DNA of 64,000 bases, from the NCBI GenBank assembly GCA_951406725.2, contig OX597839.1:7316001-7380000 (forward strand). Direction: 5' to 3'. The position numbers and the translations under genes were made by a program. The stretch comes from Octopus vulgaris. Its lineage: Eukaryota. Of this stretch, positions 27,320-43,744 are shown piece after piece (within the stretch, counting starts at the first letter, position 1; every line of letters starts with the position of its first letter). The notes under the pieces are model-generated. The model did not search any database. It worked only from the letters and a program-made list of their open reading frames with translations, and was not told the origin of the DNA.

Positions 27320-27738
27320 AAAAATATATATATATATATAAAATAATAAATAACTACGCTTATACACATGTATGTCTCCTCCATAGTTTCTCTCCCTCTC
27401 AGTACCTATTGGTCTCTCTCTGACTTACTTTCCGACTCTGAGAAGATATATGTGTCAGAGCCGGTGCAGTATAAAGAGCGATATTTAATTAATTGTATAA
27501 GGAAGTTGTCAGAACACTAAGTATATAGGAAGTATTAAACGCGGTAGGTTGGCTGATAGTTCCAGTAATGAACAATAAAATATTAACATTCTATAGAGAG
27601 AGAGAGGGGGGTTGGAACAAAATAACAACATCATTAACTTCACCAAGCTCTGAATAACTAATTACATTCAAAATTTGATCGAAGACGTTAGATAATAGGT
27701 TATCAATATAATACACGCATGAAGAAAGACAGAGATGT

Positions 27739-27786
<48 letters not shown>

Positions 27787-28035
27787 ATATACATATGTAT
27801 ATATATATATATATGCATGCATCTATATATATATCTATATATATGTATGCGCATATATATATGTGTATATATATATATATATACATGAACATGTATATGT
27901 TCTAAATACCAATGAAACCATGGATAAACAACAAAAGATACATATGCGTATATATTATGCACGCACACACACACACACAATACTTACTCCCACCAACACA
28001 CACCCGCACACACATATATGTATATTTAAATACAA

Positions 28036-28126
<91 letters not shown>

Positions 28127-28147
28127 AACACAAATATATACATATAT

Positions 28148-28189
<42 letters not shown>

Positions 28190-28855
28190 ATACAAACACA
28201 TTCACCAACATGCATATAAAATTGAATATGTTTGTAAGCATATGCCGGGAAGTGAGCTTGTATGAGGTTTTATTATATTATATTATATTATAATAAATTA
28301 TATTGTGATATAGTATGTTATATATATATATCAGCATATTTATAAAGGTATTGTTGTGTATGCGCATGTGGTGAGGGTAGTGTGTATTAATGAAAGGTTG
28401 TGAGTTGATGTATTAGTCAATGTAAACAATATATAACCGGGGTGTACAGTAAATTAAAATTTAATTTAAATGCAAAGAGGCATAGACATCATACATACAA
28501 ACAAATACATACTTACAAACACACGCATATATATACATATATAATATGAATACAAATACACGTATAAATATGTATATGTAGATCTCCAGATACGGGTCTA
28601 CGTGAGCATGTATTTATGTATGCACACCAATATAGGATACAGTATAACTAGCACGGTCTTTCCGGTGACAAAAATTCATATTTAAGATCTGAGATAGCTG
28701 ATGCATATAGTAAAACAAAGCTACTCCGTGAGCACGAACTCACATTTAACCTTGCACAACCACTCATATAAACAAACGCATATAAAACTATACAGCATAT
28801 AACCGTTGGTATATACAAATATGTATATATATATATATATAAATACATATCTATG

Positions 28856-28889
<34 letters not shown>

Positions 28890-29690
28890 TGTATGTGTAC
28901 ATGTATATATGTATATTTGCATGGACGCGTTTAACCACAAATATATGTACACGTCTGCCCGCACACAAACTCTCACCTACGCACGCACACACACACACAC
29001 ACACATACACACACATACACACACACACACACACACACATGTATTTGAGCGTGCGCGCGCAATTGTGTACGTATTTTGTTTCATCATATACATTGTTTTT
29101 TCATTCTTCGTTTCTGTCTTTTTGCTTTTATAGAGCATTTTATTTGGCATGATTATTAGTATTATTATTGTTTTTATTATTATTATTATTACTATTATTA
29201 TTATGATGATTATTATTAATCTTATTTTTATTATCAATATTATTCGTATAATAGTATTTTTTATTGCTTAAAGAAATTCTAATTATTTGAACCAATGAAC
29301 TATAACGAGGAAATGACCTGTAACTTAACGAAAAATTCGATTAAGCCATCGACTCTTAAAAAATAAAACGAGCAATGCATATATGCATACATATATTCCT
29401 AGGTTCATTCTCATGCATACACAAATATAGACGCATATAAGAATATATAATTATAGATATATATAAACATATAGATATATGGATATATGTATGATTGTGT
29501 GTACATATATATATAAATGTATATATATATAAACATATATATATATATATGTATATATATATATGTATTTATACATACATGCATACATTCACACACACAA
29601 ACATATATATATATACATATATATATATATACATATATACATATATGCATATAGATATATAAATACAGATATGTATATACATATAGATAT

Positions 29691-29769
<79 letters not shown>

Positions 29770-29897
29770 GGGTATACATACATATGTGTGCATGTCTAAG
29801 TACATATTTATATGCATACAAATATATGTATGGTATATATTATTATATTATGATAATGGCTATATATATATGTATATAGATAAATAGATAGATAGAT

Positions 29898-29944
<47 letters not shown>

Positions 29945-30139
29945 TACGCACATATATACATACGTATATGTATATGTGCACTTATATTAGTCATAAATAA
30001 AGATATAGGTATATATGACATATATAAACATATATAATCAAACAATAATACGCACACACATACATATATATATTTATTTATATATAAATATAAACATACA
30101 TACATACATACAGACATTCACACACACACCCATATATAT

Positions 30140-30202
<63 letters not shown>

Positions 30203-30439
30203 CACATGTATACATATGTGCATGTATATAAAGGCGAGTCAATATAGAAGAGATGATATACACAGTAAGGCAAACAAAAGTTATACAAAACATCGAGGTT
30301 TAATGATTTAAAGTTGGAAGAAAAAAAAGAAATGGAAATTACAACTTAAAATCGATAGTTTTCAAAATTTTTCTGTAAAAGAAATATCCAGTAACGCACA
30401 TGTAATCATACACGTACACGTGCATACACACACATCGAT

Positions 30440-30472
<33 letters not shown>

Positions 30473-30746
30473 CATATTTGACTGTTTGTATGTATGTATC
30501 TATCTATCTATCAATCTATCAACATTTGTATATCTATATATATATATATATATAAATACATCCTTATACATAATTGTAGGTGTGCATTAAGAAAGATAGA
30601 CAGAAAAAACATTGGAAGTTAGATTTATGCTTGCGTAGAAACAATGACAACTCCACAATTAGGAGGGCACTTGCACACTGTCACACAGTGCTGTATAAGC
30701 ACACCTGAAACATATGTACATCCATCCATCCATCCATCCATCCATC

Positions 30747-30810
<64 letters not shown>

Positions 30811-30852
30811 CATACATACATACATACATACATACATACATACATACATACA

Positions 30853-30886
<34 letters not shown>

Positions 30887-31073
30887 CTGATACCGGATTT
30901 CTTCACATACACACATGGTTATGTATGCAATATATATATACATTACATAATTCATATACACACAAACCCTTACACGTACATGTGTGCTTATACGTTTACA
31001 TATATATGTGTGTGTGTGTGTGTCTGTGTGTGTCTGTGTGTATGTGTGTATGTATGTGAGTATGTGTGTGTGG

Positions 31074-31120
<47 letters not shown>

Positions 31121-31543
31121 GCAAGCATGAATATATATATATATATGTATTCGATGAGATATTTTCTGAAGCTTCAAGGGCTCCGCACACTACCACCACC
31201 ATCACTCGTGACCCACAACAACAACAACAACAACAATTTTCTTTAATAAAAGTTGAAAAAAAATTAAGCTTCATTGATTGGATAATAAATATGTAAAAAC
31301 AAGATAGAAATAATGGAATATAAAAAAAGCAAGATAAAAGTAATGCAATGAAAATCAACTCCTATATTTTTACCAGAATCTCTTTTGACAAACACACACA
31401 CACACACATAGACACTAGACACGCATATATAATAACACACATATATATATATATGCATAGATATATGTATGTATATATACACATACACACATATATATAT
31501 ATCTGAATACATATATGAGTGTATATATGTATATATATATATT

Positions 31544-31606
<63 letters not shown>

Positions 31607-31735
31607 CGTATAATATATATATATATATATACATATGTACACATATATATGTGTGTACATACATTCATACACACACACATATATGTTTATATATTGATAT
31701 ATATATATATACACACACACATAAATATATATATG

Positions 31736-31795
<60 letters not shown>

Positions 31796-32203
31796 TATGC
31801 GTTTATGTCTTCGTGATTTTAGTCTTTCACGTCATTGGAATTTCCTTGCCAAATCTCAGTATTTCCTTCAACCTGTGGTTCTTAATTTTTTTTTTGTATA
31901 TCAACTTGTTTCATTTTCACATACATATATTTTTTATGAAATTAATATTCTCATTAATTTCATGACATGGAATGGTGAATGCAGAAGTATTACCCAAAGA
32001 CTATAGTTAAAACTTTGAATTGATGGAGTTTGAGAGCGGGTTTTATATCCTAGTAAATGTCACTCGACATCGTTTCCCGCACTAATGCTCTCGCAGAGAA
32101 AAATTCCTCATTCTACAGACCTGTGCTTCATTTTACTTTATCAGTGCTCGTGTTGACAACATTTCTGATTCTGTATACATGCACATTTATATATATACAC
32201 ACG

Positions 32204-32258
<55 letters not shown>

Positions 32259-32265
32259 TATATAT

Positions 32266-32667
32266 TACTCTTTTACTTGTTTCAGTCATTTGACTGCGGC
32301 CATGCTGCAGCACCGCCTTTAGTCGAGCAAATCAACCCCGGGACTTATTCTTTGCAAGCCCAGTACTTATTCTATCGGTCTCTTTTGCCGAACCGCTAAA
32401 TGATGGGGACATAAACACACAAGCATCGGTTCTCAAGCAATGCTAGGGGGACAAACATAGACACACAAACACACACATACACACACATATATATACATAT
32501 ATACGACAGGCTTCTTTTCAGTTTCCGTCTACCAAATCCACTCACAAGGCATTGGTCGGCCCGGGGCTATAACAGAAGACACTTGCCCAAGATGCCACGC
32601 AGTGGGACTGAACCCGGAACCGTGTGGTTGGTTAGCAAGCTACTTACCACACAGCCACTCCTGCGCC
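32266..32667 (-). mobile_element. SINE family B, full length
   Basis: Same organisation as 17681-18076. Confidence 0.9.
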
Positions 32668-32699
32668 TATATATATACATTTATTAAGAAAAAACTTAC

Positions 32700-33200
32700 T
32701 TAGAAATGGATGCGTGCGTTCCGTCAGATAATAACAAATTAATAAATAAAACATATGCATATATGCATACATATATGTACGTACCTACATCTATATGTAT
32801 ATATGCATGCATATATGGGTACAGGACACCAAAAAATGTCGAACACAATGACAAACGAAAACATAAACACAAAACCAAGGAAACGGACATTTTTCTGAAA
32901 CAACGAATAAATAGAGTACAAGATATACAACACAAGGAAAATTCCCCTTCTTCAGCCGCCTCTGTTTCATCTACTCCGCGTTTCGAATGTAAAGGTGAGA
33001 CACGACTTCTTTGAAACAGTCCTTCCCGCAAAAAGCAAATTAAATAAAATTTGAGATTTTTTTGCGGAGGGGTGAAAATGGTAACAAAAACAGGACAGTA
33101 AAGATAGTACAAAATATAAACAGTAAAAGATAGGACAAGGAGAATAACAGTAACACAAACATTTTTACCCCTCCGCAAAAAAATCTCAAATTTTATTAAA
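32700..33200 (-). mobile_element. family P1 element with internal inverted repeat
   Basis: Homologous to 2944-3250; about 33043-33080 inverted at about 33160-33197. Confidence 0.6.
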
Positions 33201-33626
33201 CTGCTCCTGTTATTGTGGGTGCCCTTGGTATGATAAGAAAGGGATGTCAGAAATATGTCCAAAATATGCGCTGCATATGCAGAAAACATAGGAATTCATG
33301 ATAAATAAATGTTGAACTTTCACAGTTATATAATAATGGATCCTAATGTGAATATAATTATTCGGTTTTCCGCAATGAAATATTGTAGCAGCTGTTCTGA
33401 GGTAGCAATACACACCCTACAACTGGTGGTATTGTTTGCATCATAAGGATGAGGGGTATGATGGTGGATTGAGAAAAATAATGCCTGGAGATGAAAAACA
33501 ATTCACCAGTGTACGGTGCTTATGATTTCTTTTTAGCTCCTTCCCAAGAAATATAACATTTCAATCCATCTCTCTCTCTCTCTCTCTCTCTTGATATTTC
33601 TTCTTCATTCATTCGGTCGCGCTTAT

Positions 33627-34346
33627 TTCGCAGATTCTCACAATTCTCTGTCACCATCCAATCCCATTATTATGAATTTGAGTTGAGAGCTTGAGGCATA
33701 AAGGAATCTGTCATTAGCTGATTACACAACCATGGATGCCACTCCTATGAATGTGTTGCAGTTACTGACCATTGACCTTCTAGGACTCCTCCACTCACCA
33801 TCAGCTGGGCTTTTCAACTGCCTCTTCACAATCTACCACGCTGCTTTCGCAGACTCCCATGACTCTCTGTTGTCATCCAATTCCATTATTATGAATTTGA
33901 GTTGAGAGATTGAGTCATAAGTGAATATTTCATTTGTTGATTACACAAAGAATGATGCCACCTCTATGGTTACATTGCAGTTACTCTCTTAATAGAGCTT
34001 GGAGATCCCGACTATTGACTTTCTAGGACTCCTCTGCTGAGCATCGATGTAAGAAGCACTGATGACTCAATTCAACTCTTCTAATAAATCTTCACAATCC
34101 ACCATGCCGCAGTCCCATGACTTTGCCACATCCCAGGGCAGGATGGTTGAACGGTTGTTATGCCAAAGGGCAGTTCGTGATTGTGCAGAGCACGGACGTC
34201 CCTCCGTGTGGTGTTTTCAGTGATCCTCTCCGTTGACCTTCTAGGATCCTTCCACTCGGCATCAATGTATGAAGCATCATTGGCTCAATTGATCTCTTCT
34301 ACTAACTCTTCACAGGCTGCCAGGCTGCCAGGCTGCAGTCCCATGA
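33627..34346. repeat. diverged ~220-bp tandem repeat, about 3 units
   Basis: TTCGCAGA...CCATTATTATGAATTTGAGTTGAGAG from 33627 and 33846; TTGACYTTCTAGGA at 33772, 34015 and 34233. Confidence 0.75.
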
Positions 34347-34364
34347 CATCACAGTCCTACTGCG

Positions 34365-34678
34365 TGGGTTCAGTCCTACTGCGTGGCATTTTGGATAAGA
34401 TTATTCTGCTATAGCCTCGTGCTGACCGAAGCCTTGTGAGTGGACTAGGTAGAGGGAAACTGAAAGAAGCCCGTTGTATATATATATATATATATATACA
34501 TACATATATGTATAAGCGCAGGAGTGGCTGTGTGGTAAGTAGCTTGCTAAACGACCACATTGTTCCGGGTCAGTCCCACTGCGTGGAATCTTGGGCAAGT
34601 GTCTTCTGCTATAGCCCCGGGCCGACCAATGCCTTGTGAGTGGATTTGGTAGACGGAAACTGAAAGAAGCCTGTCGTA

Positions 34679-34739
<61 letters not shown>

Positions 34740-34938
34740 ATGTGTTTGGTTTTGTCCCCCTAGCATTGTTTGACAACCGATGCTGGTGTGTTTACGTCCC
34801 CGTCAATTAGCGGTTCGGCAAAAAGAGACCGATAGAATAAGTACTGGGCTTACAAAGAATAAGTCCCGGGGTCGATTTGCTCGACTAAAGGCGGTGCTCC
34901 AGCATGGCCGCAGTCAAATGACTGAAACAAGTAAAAGA
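34365..34938 (+). mobile_element. partial plus full-length SINE family B in tandem
   Basis: 5' half at 34365-34476; full copy 34515-34938 with internal (TA)n. Confidence 0.88.
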
Positions 34939-35349
34939 ACTATATATATATATTTGAGTATCGGTATTTGTTCCCCCCCACCAGCTGTCTCTTGACAACC
35001 GAAAAATAATTTGACAACAAGAAATAATTTTTGCCTCTTTTTATGGAGACTGCAAAATAGAAGTGCTCAAATGAAATTGAGACAGAGATAAAAATAAGGA
35101 CACACATATATATATATATGCATAAATACATATATATGTATGTATTTATGTATGTTTATATAGATTTGGGTGTGTTATTTGTTTTATATAAATACATCCG
35201 TACCACAAATATATGAGACATTAAGTGAAAAGTTTCCGTAAAATAATACACACACACACACACACACTCCCTCGCACGTACATAGAAACGCACACATGTA
35301 TAATAACGCTTTAAATATCAAACACCAAAACTAGACAAAACATCATTAA

Positions 35350-35581
35350 ACCACCATCACCACCACCACCACCACCATCACCGTCACCATCACCACCACC
35401 ACCATCACCACCACTGCCAGCAACGCCATCGACATCTCCTCTATTGGTATTGTTCTCATATTTACCGAAAACAACCCCGAGAACCATCACCATCATCATC
35501 ATCATCATCATCATTACAATCACCACGACCACTACAATTCCAACACAATCACTTCCACACAATCATCAGCATCACCATCGC

Positions 35582-35633
<52 letters not shown>

Positions 35634-35720
35634 TTTATCATCATCATCATCATCATCATCATCATCGCCATCATCATCATCATCACCATCATCATCATCT
35701 TTATCATCATCATCATCATC

Positions 35721-35794
<74 letters not shown>

Positions 35795-36530
35795 TGGTAG
35801 TAGTATCCACAATTTAATCAAGATGGTAGAAGTGTTGTTGATATTGGTGAGGTTTTTGGCGTTCATCATATTGATAGTGGAGCGAAGATTGGTAGTGAAG
35901 GTGCTGTTTTCTTGTTCGTGACTTTGTAGTTAATGGTGGTGGTAGTGGCGGCGGCGGCGGTGACGGTGGTAGTGGTGATGGTGGTGGCGGTGGTGGTGGC
36001 GGCGGTGGTGATGGTAGTGGTGGTGGTGGTGATGGTGGTGGTGGTGGTGGCGGCGGCGGCGGTGGTGGCGGTGGCGATGGTGGTGGTGTCGGTGATGGCG
36101 GTGGTGGCGGTGGCGATGGTGGTGGTGTCGGTGATGGCGGTGGTGGTGGTGGTGCTGGCGGTGGTAGCGGTGGTTGTAGTGGTGATGGTGGTGACATTAC
36201 AAAAGATTCTTTTACTGTTAGTATTGTGGTGTTGAGATGTTGTTTTTGTTGTTGCTGTTGTTCGTGGTTGTGGTGGTGGTGGTAGTAATGGTGGTGGTGG
36301 TGGTGGTGGTGGTGGTGGTGGTGGTGACGGGTGTGGGTAGCAGGGATGGGATGTTTGTACAAAGAACGGGCGGAAATGAACACCACGCCTAACCAAATAA
36401 CACTTAATATACAACAGGCATTATCATCCACAACAACAACAAAAACAACAGCAGCAGCAACAACAAGAAGATAAACTACTACCACCAGCACCATCACCAC
36501 CACCATCACCACCACTACTACTACATTGTT
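35350..36530. repeat. (CAT)n, (CAG)n, (GGT)n compound triplet repeats
   Basis: Direct inspection; source of poly-H/Q/P ORFs. Confidence 0.9.
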
Positions 36531-36721
36531 GATAGCAACAATGAAAATAATGAAGAGTAATGTTAGCAACACCTTCGGTAACAAAAGCAATATAAACAAA
36601 TAAATAAATGTGTGTGTGAGCGTGTGTGTGTGTGTGCATGTATGTATATATCTGTATATACATCTGTCTGTATACATATGTGTGCATATGTATATATACA
36701 TATGTATATATATGTATATAT

Positions 36722-37196
<475 letters not shown>

Positions 37197-37308
37197 AAAG
37201 GAGGAAAAGAGAATATATATACATGCAAGGAAAAATAATTTTTAAATATATATTTATACATATGTATGTATATATGTGTATATATACATATGTATGTAAG
37301 TATTTAAA

Positions 37309-37360
<52 letters not shown>

Positions 37361-37419
37361 TATACATGCAAAAAAATACATATGTGCATACATACATTCA
37401 TTGAAAGACGTATGCATTC

Positions 37420-37600
37420 TTCTATTCTTTTACATTTTTGAGCACTAAAGTTGTGGCCTTGCTGGAGCACTGCCAAGTTTTTCACACTTCCAGTGACTAA
37501 ATTTAGGGAGAGCTCAACACTGCTGCCCTCTTTAGAGTCTCCTGCTTTTATATGGTCTCATCTCGGACCTTGGATAGCAGGAGGTCAAATCGTTTGTTGG
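37420..37600 (-). mobile_element. old CR1-A-related 3' end
   Basis: Minus strand KRFDLLLSKVRDET...RAA then GGCAGTGCTCCAGCAAGGCCACA tail. Confidence 0.55.
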
Positions 37601-37674
37601 AAACTTCTTCCTCCACTCCATGAAGATCTACGAGATGTCTTGGCAAAACATTAAATAGCCCTGACTCCTACCAA

Positions 37675-37980
37675 CGCCATCGTGCTTCAGGACCATTTAG
37701 TGCAATAACCTGGGTTTCAGGGGCCCGCAGCTATTTAGTATTCTCCCAAAAAGCCTGAGAAACCTGCACAAAGTAGATGTAGGCGTTTTTAAATCAAAGC
37801 TGGATCTCCTCCTGGCGAGAGTCCTAGATGAACCTACCTCACGGCAAGAGGTGCAAATGAGGGTAGCTACATCTAAGTCCATTCTTCACCAAGGGCCACA
37901 TATTGGAGGAGGCTCTCAGTAATAAAGGTGTAGCAAAACAGCGGTGCCCCAGGATGGCCACAGCTCTGAGCTGAAACTAC
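37675..37980 (+). mobile_element. CR1-A 3' end
   Basis: High similarity to 6775-7080, including the tail hairpin. Confidence 0.85.
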
Positions 37981-38013
37981 AGAAAAAATAAAAGAATAAA
38001 AAAGATGCATATA

Positions 38014-38115
<102 letters not shown>

Positions 38116-38242
38116 CACATATATATATATATCTGTATATATATTGTTATATTTCGGAATGGTCATTTTGCCAGTTTAGCCAATAAAAACACACGCACTA
38201 TATATTTGCTGTTATTTATTTTTTACATTAATCTTATTTCAG

Positions 38243-38282
38243 CCAGAGTTCTTTCGTCACACTCCTGTGACCGCATCAGTGG
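38243..38282 (-). ncRNA. minimal hammerhead-like motif (A9C variant)
   Basis: Minus strand CCA-CUGAUGC-G-GUCAC-AGGAGU-GUGAC-GAAA-GAAC-UC-UGG; AATAAA downstream; element abuts (TA)n. Confidence 0.45.
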
Positions 38283-38447
38283 TCCTTTGTTTTCTTCTTT
38301 CTTATTTGTGTCTCTCCTTACTAACCGTCACCCATTTTGTATTTCTATTGTATGTCTTCATTTGCGCATGCTTATATCTCTATGTGCGTCTATGTTTAGT
38401 TAGTGTGTGTGTGTATCTGTATATATATTTATATATATATGTATACG

Positions 38448-38492
<45 letters not shown>

Positions 38493-38503
38493 ATGTATGT
38501 ATG

Positions 38504-38553
<50 letters not shown>

Positions 38554-38909
38554 TAGACATATATGTTAGTGTATATGCATGGGTGTATTTGGTAGGCGGA
38601 AATTTAAAGACGCCCATAGTATATACATGTTTGTGTGTGTGTGTGTGTTTGCCTCTGTGTATGTGACTCACCAACGCTTAAAAACCGGTGATGGTGAGTT
38701 TACGTCACATTAACTTAGCGTTTGCGCAAAACATAACGGACACACGTACAAACCTACGAATACATGTATGCATACAAACATGTGTACGCAGATAAATATT
38801 TATGCAGGGGGTGCATTAGCACGTATATGAGAAAAAGATGCGTGTAAGCGTGAAAATATACACACATGTTTATATAGACATACAGTCACACATATATTTT
38901 CTCACTTAT

Positions 38910-38972
38910 ATACATACATATAAGCACATACATACGTACATACATACATACGTACATACATACATACATATA

Positions 38973-39003
<31 letters not shown>

Positions 39004-39016
39004 GTACATACATACA

Positions 39017-39050
<34 letters not shown>

Positions 39051-39144
39051 CATACATATATACATACATACATGCATGCATACATACATACATACATACA
39101 TATATACATACATATATACATGCATACATACATACATACATACA

Positions 39145-39178
<34 letters not shown>

Positions 39179-39204
39179 CATGCATACATACATACATACA
39201 TACA

Positions 39205-39238
<34 letters not shown>

Positions 39239-39254
39239 CATACATACATGCATG

Positions 39255-39286
<32 letters not shown>

Positions 39287-39304
39287 CATACATATATACA
39301 TGCA

Positions 39305-39338
<34 letters not shown>

Positions 39339-39400
39339 CATACATATATACATACATACATGCATGCATACATACATATATACATACATATACACATACA
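38910..39400. repeat. (CATA)n microsatellite with recurring variant units
   Basis: Direct inspection. Confidence 0.95.
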
Positions 39401-39528
39401 TGCTGACATACGTATACAAAAAGTGTAGAGTAATGACAAAATAACATTGTGTCAGCAGTTGAAAAAAACGGAATACGTTTTACATATATAAATAGCTACA
39501 TATACATACACACACACGCATATATATA

Positions 39529-39581
<53 letters not shown>

Positions 39582-39616
39582 ATATATATATTCATACATA
39601 TAGATATAGATATATG

Positions 39617-39653
<37 letters not shown>

Positions 39654-39690
39654 ATATATATATATTCATACATATAGATATAGATATATG

Positions 39691-39724
<34 letters not shown>

Positions 39725-39916
39725 ACATACACACATTGTATATATGTATATGTATATTTGTATATATATATGTATATATATATATTTGTATGTATATATA
39801 TATATATGTATATACATATATATATATGTATATATATATACTTATATTTTTTTAATGTATGAATGTTTATACGCGTATGCATACACACACACATACATAC
39901 ATACATATAGACAGAC

Positions 39917-41030
<1,114 letters not shown>

Positions 41031-41353
41031 ATAGATGAAAAGGCTATGTTTGCATTATATTATAATTTAGCTTCGACTGGCGACGTCTCTTCATCTTCAT
41101 TGTTTTATTAGCGACAGATTTATTTTCCGGGTTTAGCATTTTCAGTCTTTGTACAATATTTGTACAGTGCAACATCCACCCAAATGTTGTTTAAAAAAAT
41201 AACAACGGTAAACAGCCCAGGGACCGATTCTAATAGAAAACAATATACGGAATACGACCAGTTGGTAGGAATTTCCGAGTGTTACATTTAAGTCAACACC
41301 GAGATGTACGAAACGAAAGAAAACCTCGACTTGTGTTTGGGATACTAGATATA

Positions 41354-42048
41354 TATTTCTTTATTGCCCACAAGGAGCTAAACATAGAGGGGACAAACAA
41401 GAACAGACGAACGGATTAAGTCGATTACATCGACCCCAGTGCGTAACTGGTTCTTAATTAATCGACCCCGAAAGGATGAAAGGCAAAGTCGACCTCGGCG
41501 GAATTTGAACTCGGAACGTAACAGCAGACGAAATACCTATTTCTTTACTACCCATAAGGGGCTAAACACAGAGGGGACAAACAAGGACAGACATAGGTAT
41601 TAAGTCGATTACATCGACCCCAGTGCGTAACTGGTACTTAATTAATCGACCCCGAAAGGATGAAAGGAAAAGTCGACCTCGGCGGAATTTGAACTCGGAA
41701 CGTTACGGCAGCCGAAATACCACTAAGCATTTTGCCCGGCGTCCTAACGAGTCTGCCAGTTCGCCGCCTTACGAAATACCGCTAAGAATTTCGCCCGGCG
41801 TGCTAACGATACCTATTTCTTTACTATCCACAAGGGGCTAAACACAGAGAGGACAAACAAGCACAGACAAACGGATTAAGTCGATTACATCGACCCCAGT
41901 GCGTAACTGGTACTTAATTTATCGACCCCGAAAGGATGAAAGGCAAAGTCGACCTCGGCGGAATTTGAACTCGGAACGTAACGGCAGACGAAATACCGCT
42001 AAGCATTTCGCCCGGCGTGCTAACGATTCTGCCAGCTCGCCGCCTTTA
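41354..42048 (-). mobile_element. SINE family A multimer with 14-bp TSD
   Basis: Three body-tail units plus an extra partial head; GGATACTAGATATA 41340-41353 and GGATACAAGATATA 42049-42062. Confidence 0.9.
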
Positions 42049-42201
42049 GGATACAAGATATAGCAATGTATCAGCTCTTGTTCCTCCCAACAGTCTTAGA
42101 AATAATGAAAAGTTGCAGTAGATAGTATTACTTAAACAATTATTAGATATGATTTATCTTTATTTGCGTCAGTAATTGGCCTGCAGCTATGATGGGTTAA
42201 C

Positions 42202-42410
42202 CCCTTTTCTGGTGTGTGCCTATACGATCTTTTTATGTTGTTGTTCCATAGTGTTTCTATAGCTTCCAGTGTATGTATTGGTCCCAACACTGTCGTGTGT
42301 GCGAATATATTCTTTCTCAGCCAAGACTGGGCAGCCAGAGACAAATATCATTTATTGTTTCTTCTCCATCTCCACACATTCTGAAGTCACTTGTATTTCT
42401 TTTCGTCACA
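42202..42410 (-). pseudogene. R4/Dong-type LINE zinc-knuckle region, frameshifted
   Basis: RMCGDGEETINDI/VSGCPVLAEKEYIRTHDSVGT/YIHWKL*KHYG/YRHTPEK matches the CCHC-RHD region upstream of the RLE domain. Confidence 0.7.
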
Positions 42411-42499
42411 TATTTTAGTGGTTTCTAGTGGGAAAGGCTTTGATCTTTTGCTTCGATTAACAATCCTTCAGTCTCTGCTTCGCCGTTGTTGTTGTTTGT

Positions 42500-42531
<32 letters not shown>

Positions 42532-42535
42532 TTGC

Positions 42536-42588
<53 letters not shown>

Positions 42589-42591
<3 letters not shown>

Positions 42592-42776
42592 GTCCGTAAC
42601 ACAGTGTAGGTATAAATGAACTGGAGTCTTTAGTCATCTGTCAAGTCACAACAGTACTAGGCTTACAAAGAATAAGTCCTGGGGCCGATTTGCTCGACTA
42701 AAGTAAGGCGGTGCTCCAGCATGGCCGCAGTCACATGACTGAAACAAGTAAAAGAGTAAGAGAGTAAAAGAGTAAA
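42589..42776 (+). mobile_element. 64-bp insert joined to a SINE B 3' tail
   Basis: 42589-42652 identical to 27157-27220, followed by AGTACTAGGCTTACAAAGAATAAG...GAAACAAGTAAAAGAGTAA. Confidence 0.8.
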
Positions 42777-43287
42777 ACATTTCAGTTAACATTGCCCCGT
42801 GTCCAGTCAGCAGTAAATGAGCAACTCTGCAACAGTTTTCCGAGGCCAATTCTGTGATCTTGGTCAATTGCATTCCATAGAAACTGGGTAACATGGCCTG
42901 TGGAGATCAAGTGCTCGAGATAATAATTAGATCTATAACAACCTCAATGAAACTCTATCCCACCGTATCTCACAGATTCAATGCACCTGCAGAGATATTT
43001 TATCTCAGACGTGTCCATAGAGTTGGATCTACGTATTTTGACATTATTTATATTGTATAATACTATAGGAGAATTTAAACAAAGTGACTGGAATGGCATT
43101 TTAAATGGATATCATGACGGTTCAAGGATGTAATTGCTTCACATTCGCGCACGCCAATACGACGCAGAAGCTCAGGCATGTACACACATACATAGAATCA
43201 TTGTGTGTATGTATATATGTGTGTGTGTGTATGTGTGTGTGTGTGTGTCTATATCTATCTATATATAAATATATATATGTGTGTGTG

Positions 43288-43333
<46 letters not shown>

Positions 43334-43364
43334 CATGTGTGTGTATGTGTCTATATCTATCTGT

Positions 43365-43412
<48 letters not shown>

Positions 43413-43476
43413 ATGTGTGTGTATTTATATATATATGTATGTGTATGTGTATGTGTCTATATCTATTTGTATGCAA

Positions 43477-43522
<46 letters not shown>

Positions 43523-43674
43523 ATGTGTGTGTGTGTGTGTGTGCGTGTGTGTGTGTGTAAATATATATGTATGTGAATATATAAATATCTTTGGTGAAAT
43601 ACATTAACATAGATAGATGAATAGACACACACACACATGTATGTTCATAGACTGAGTGAGAATGAGAAATCCAT

Positions 43675-43744
<70 letters not shown>

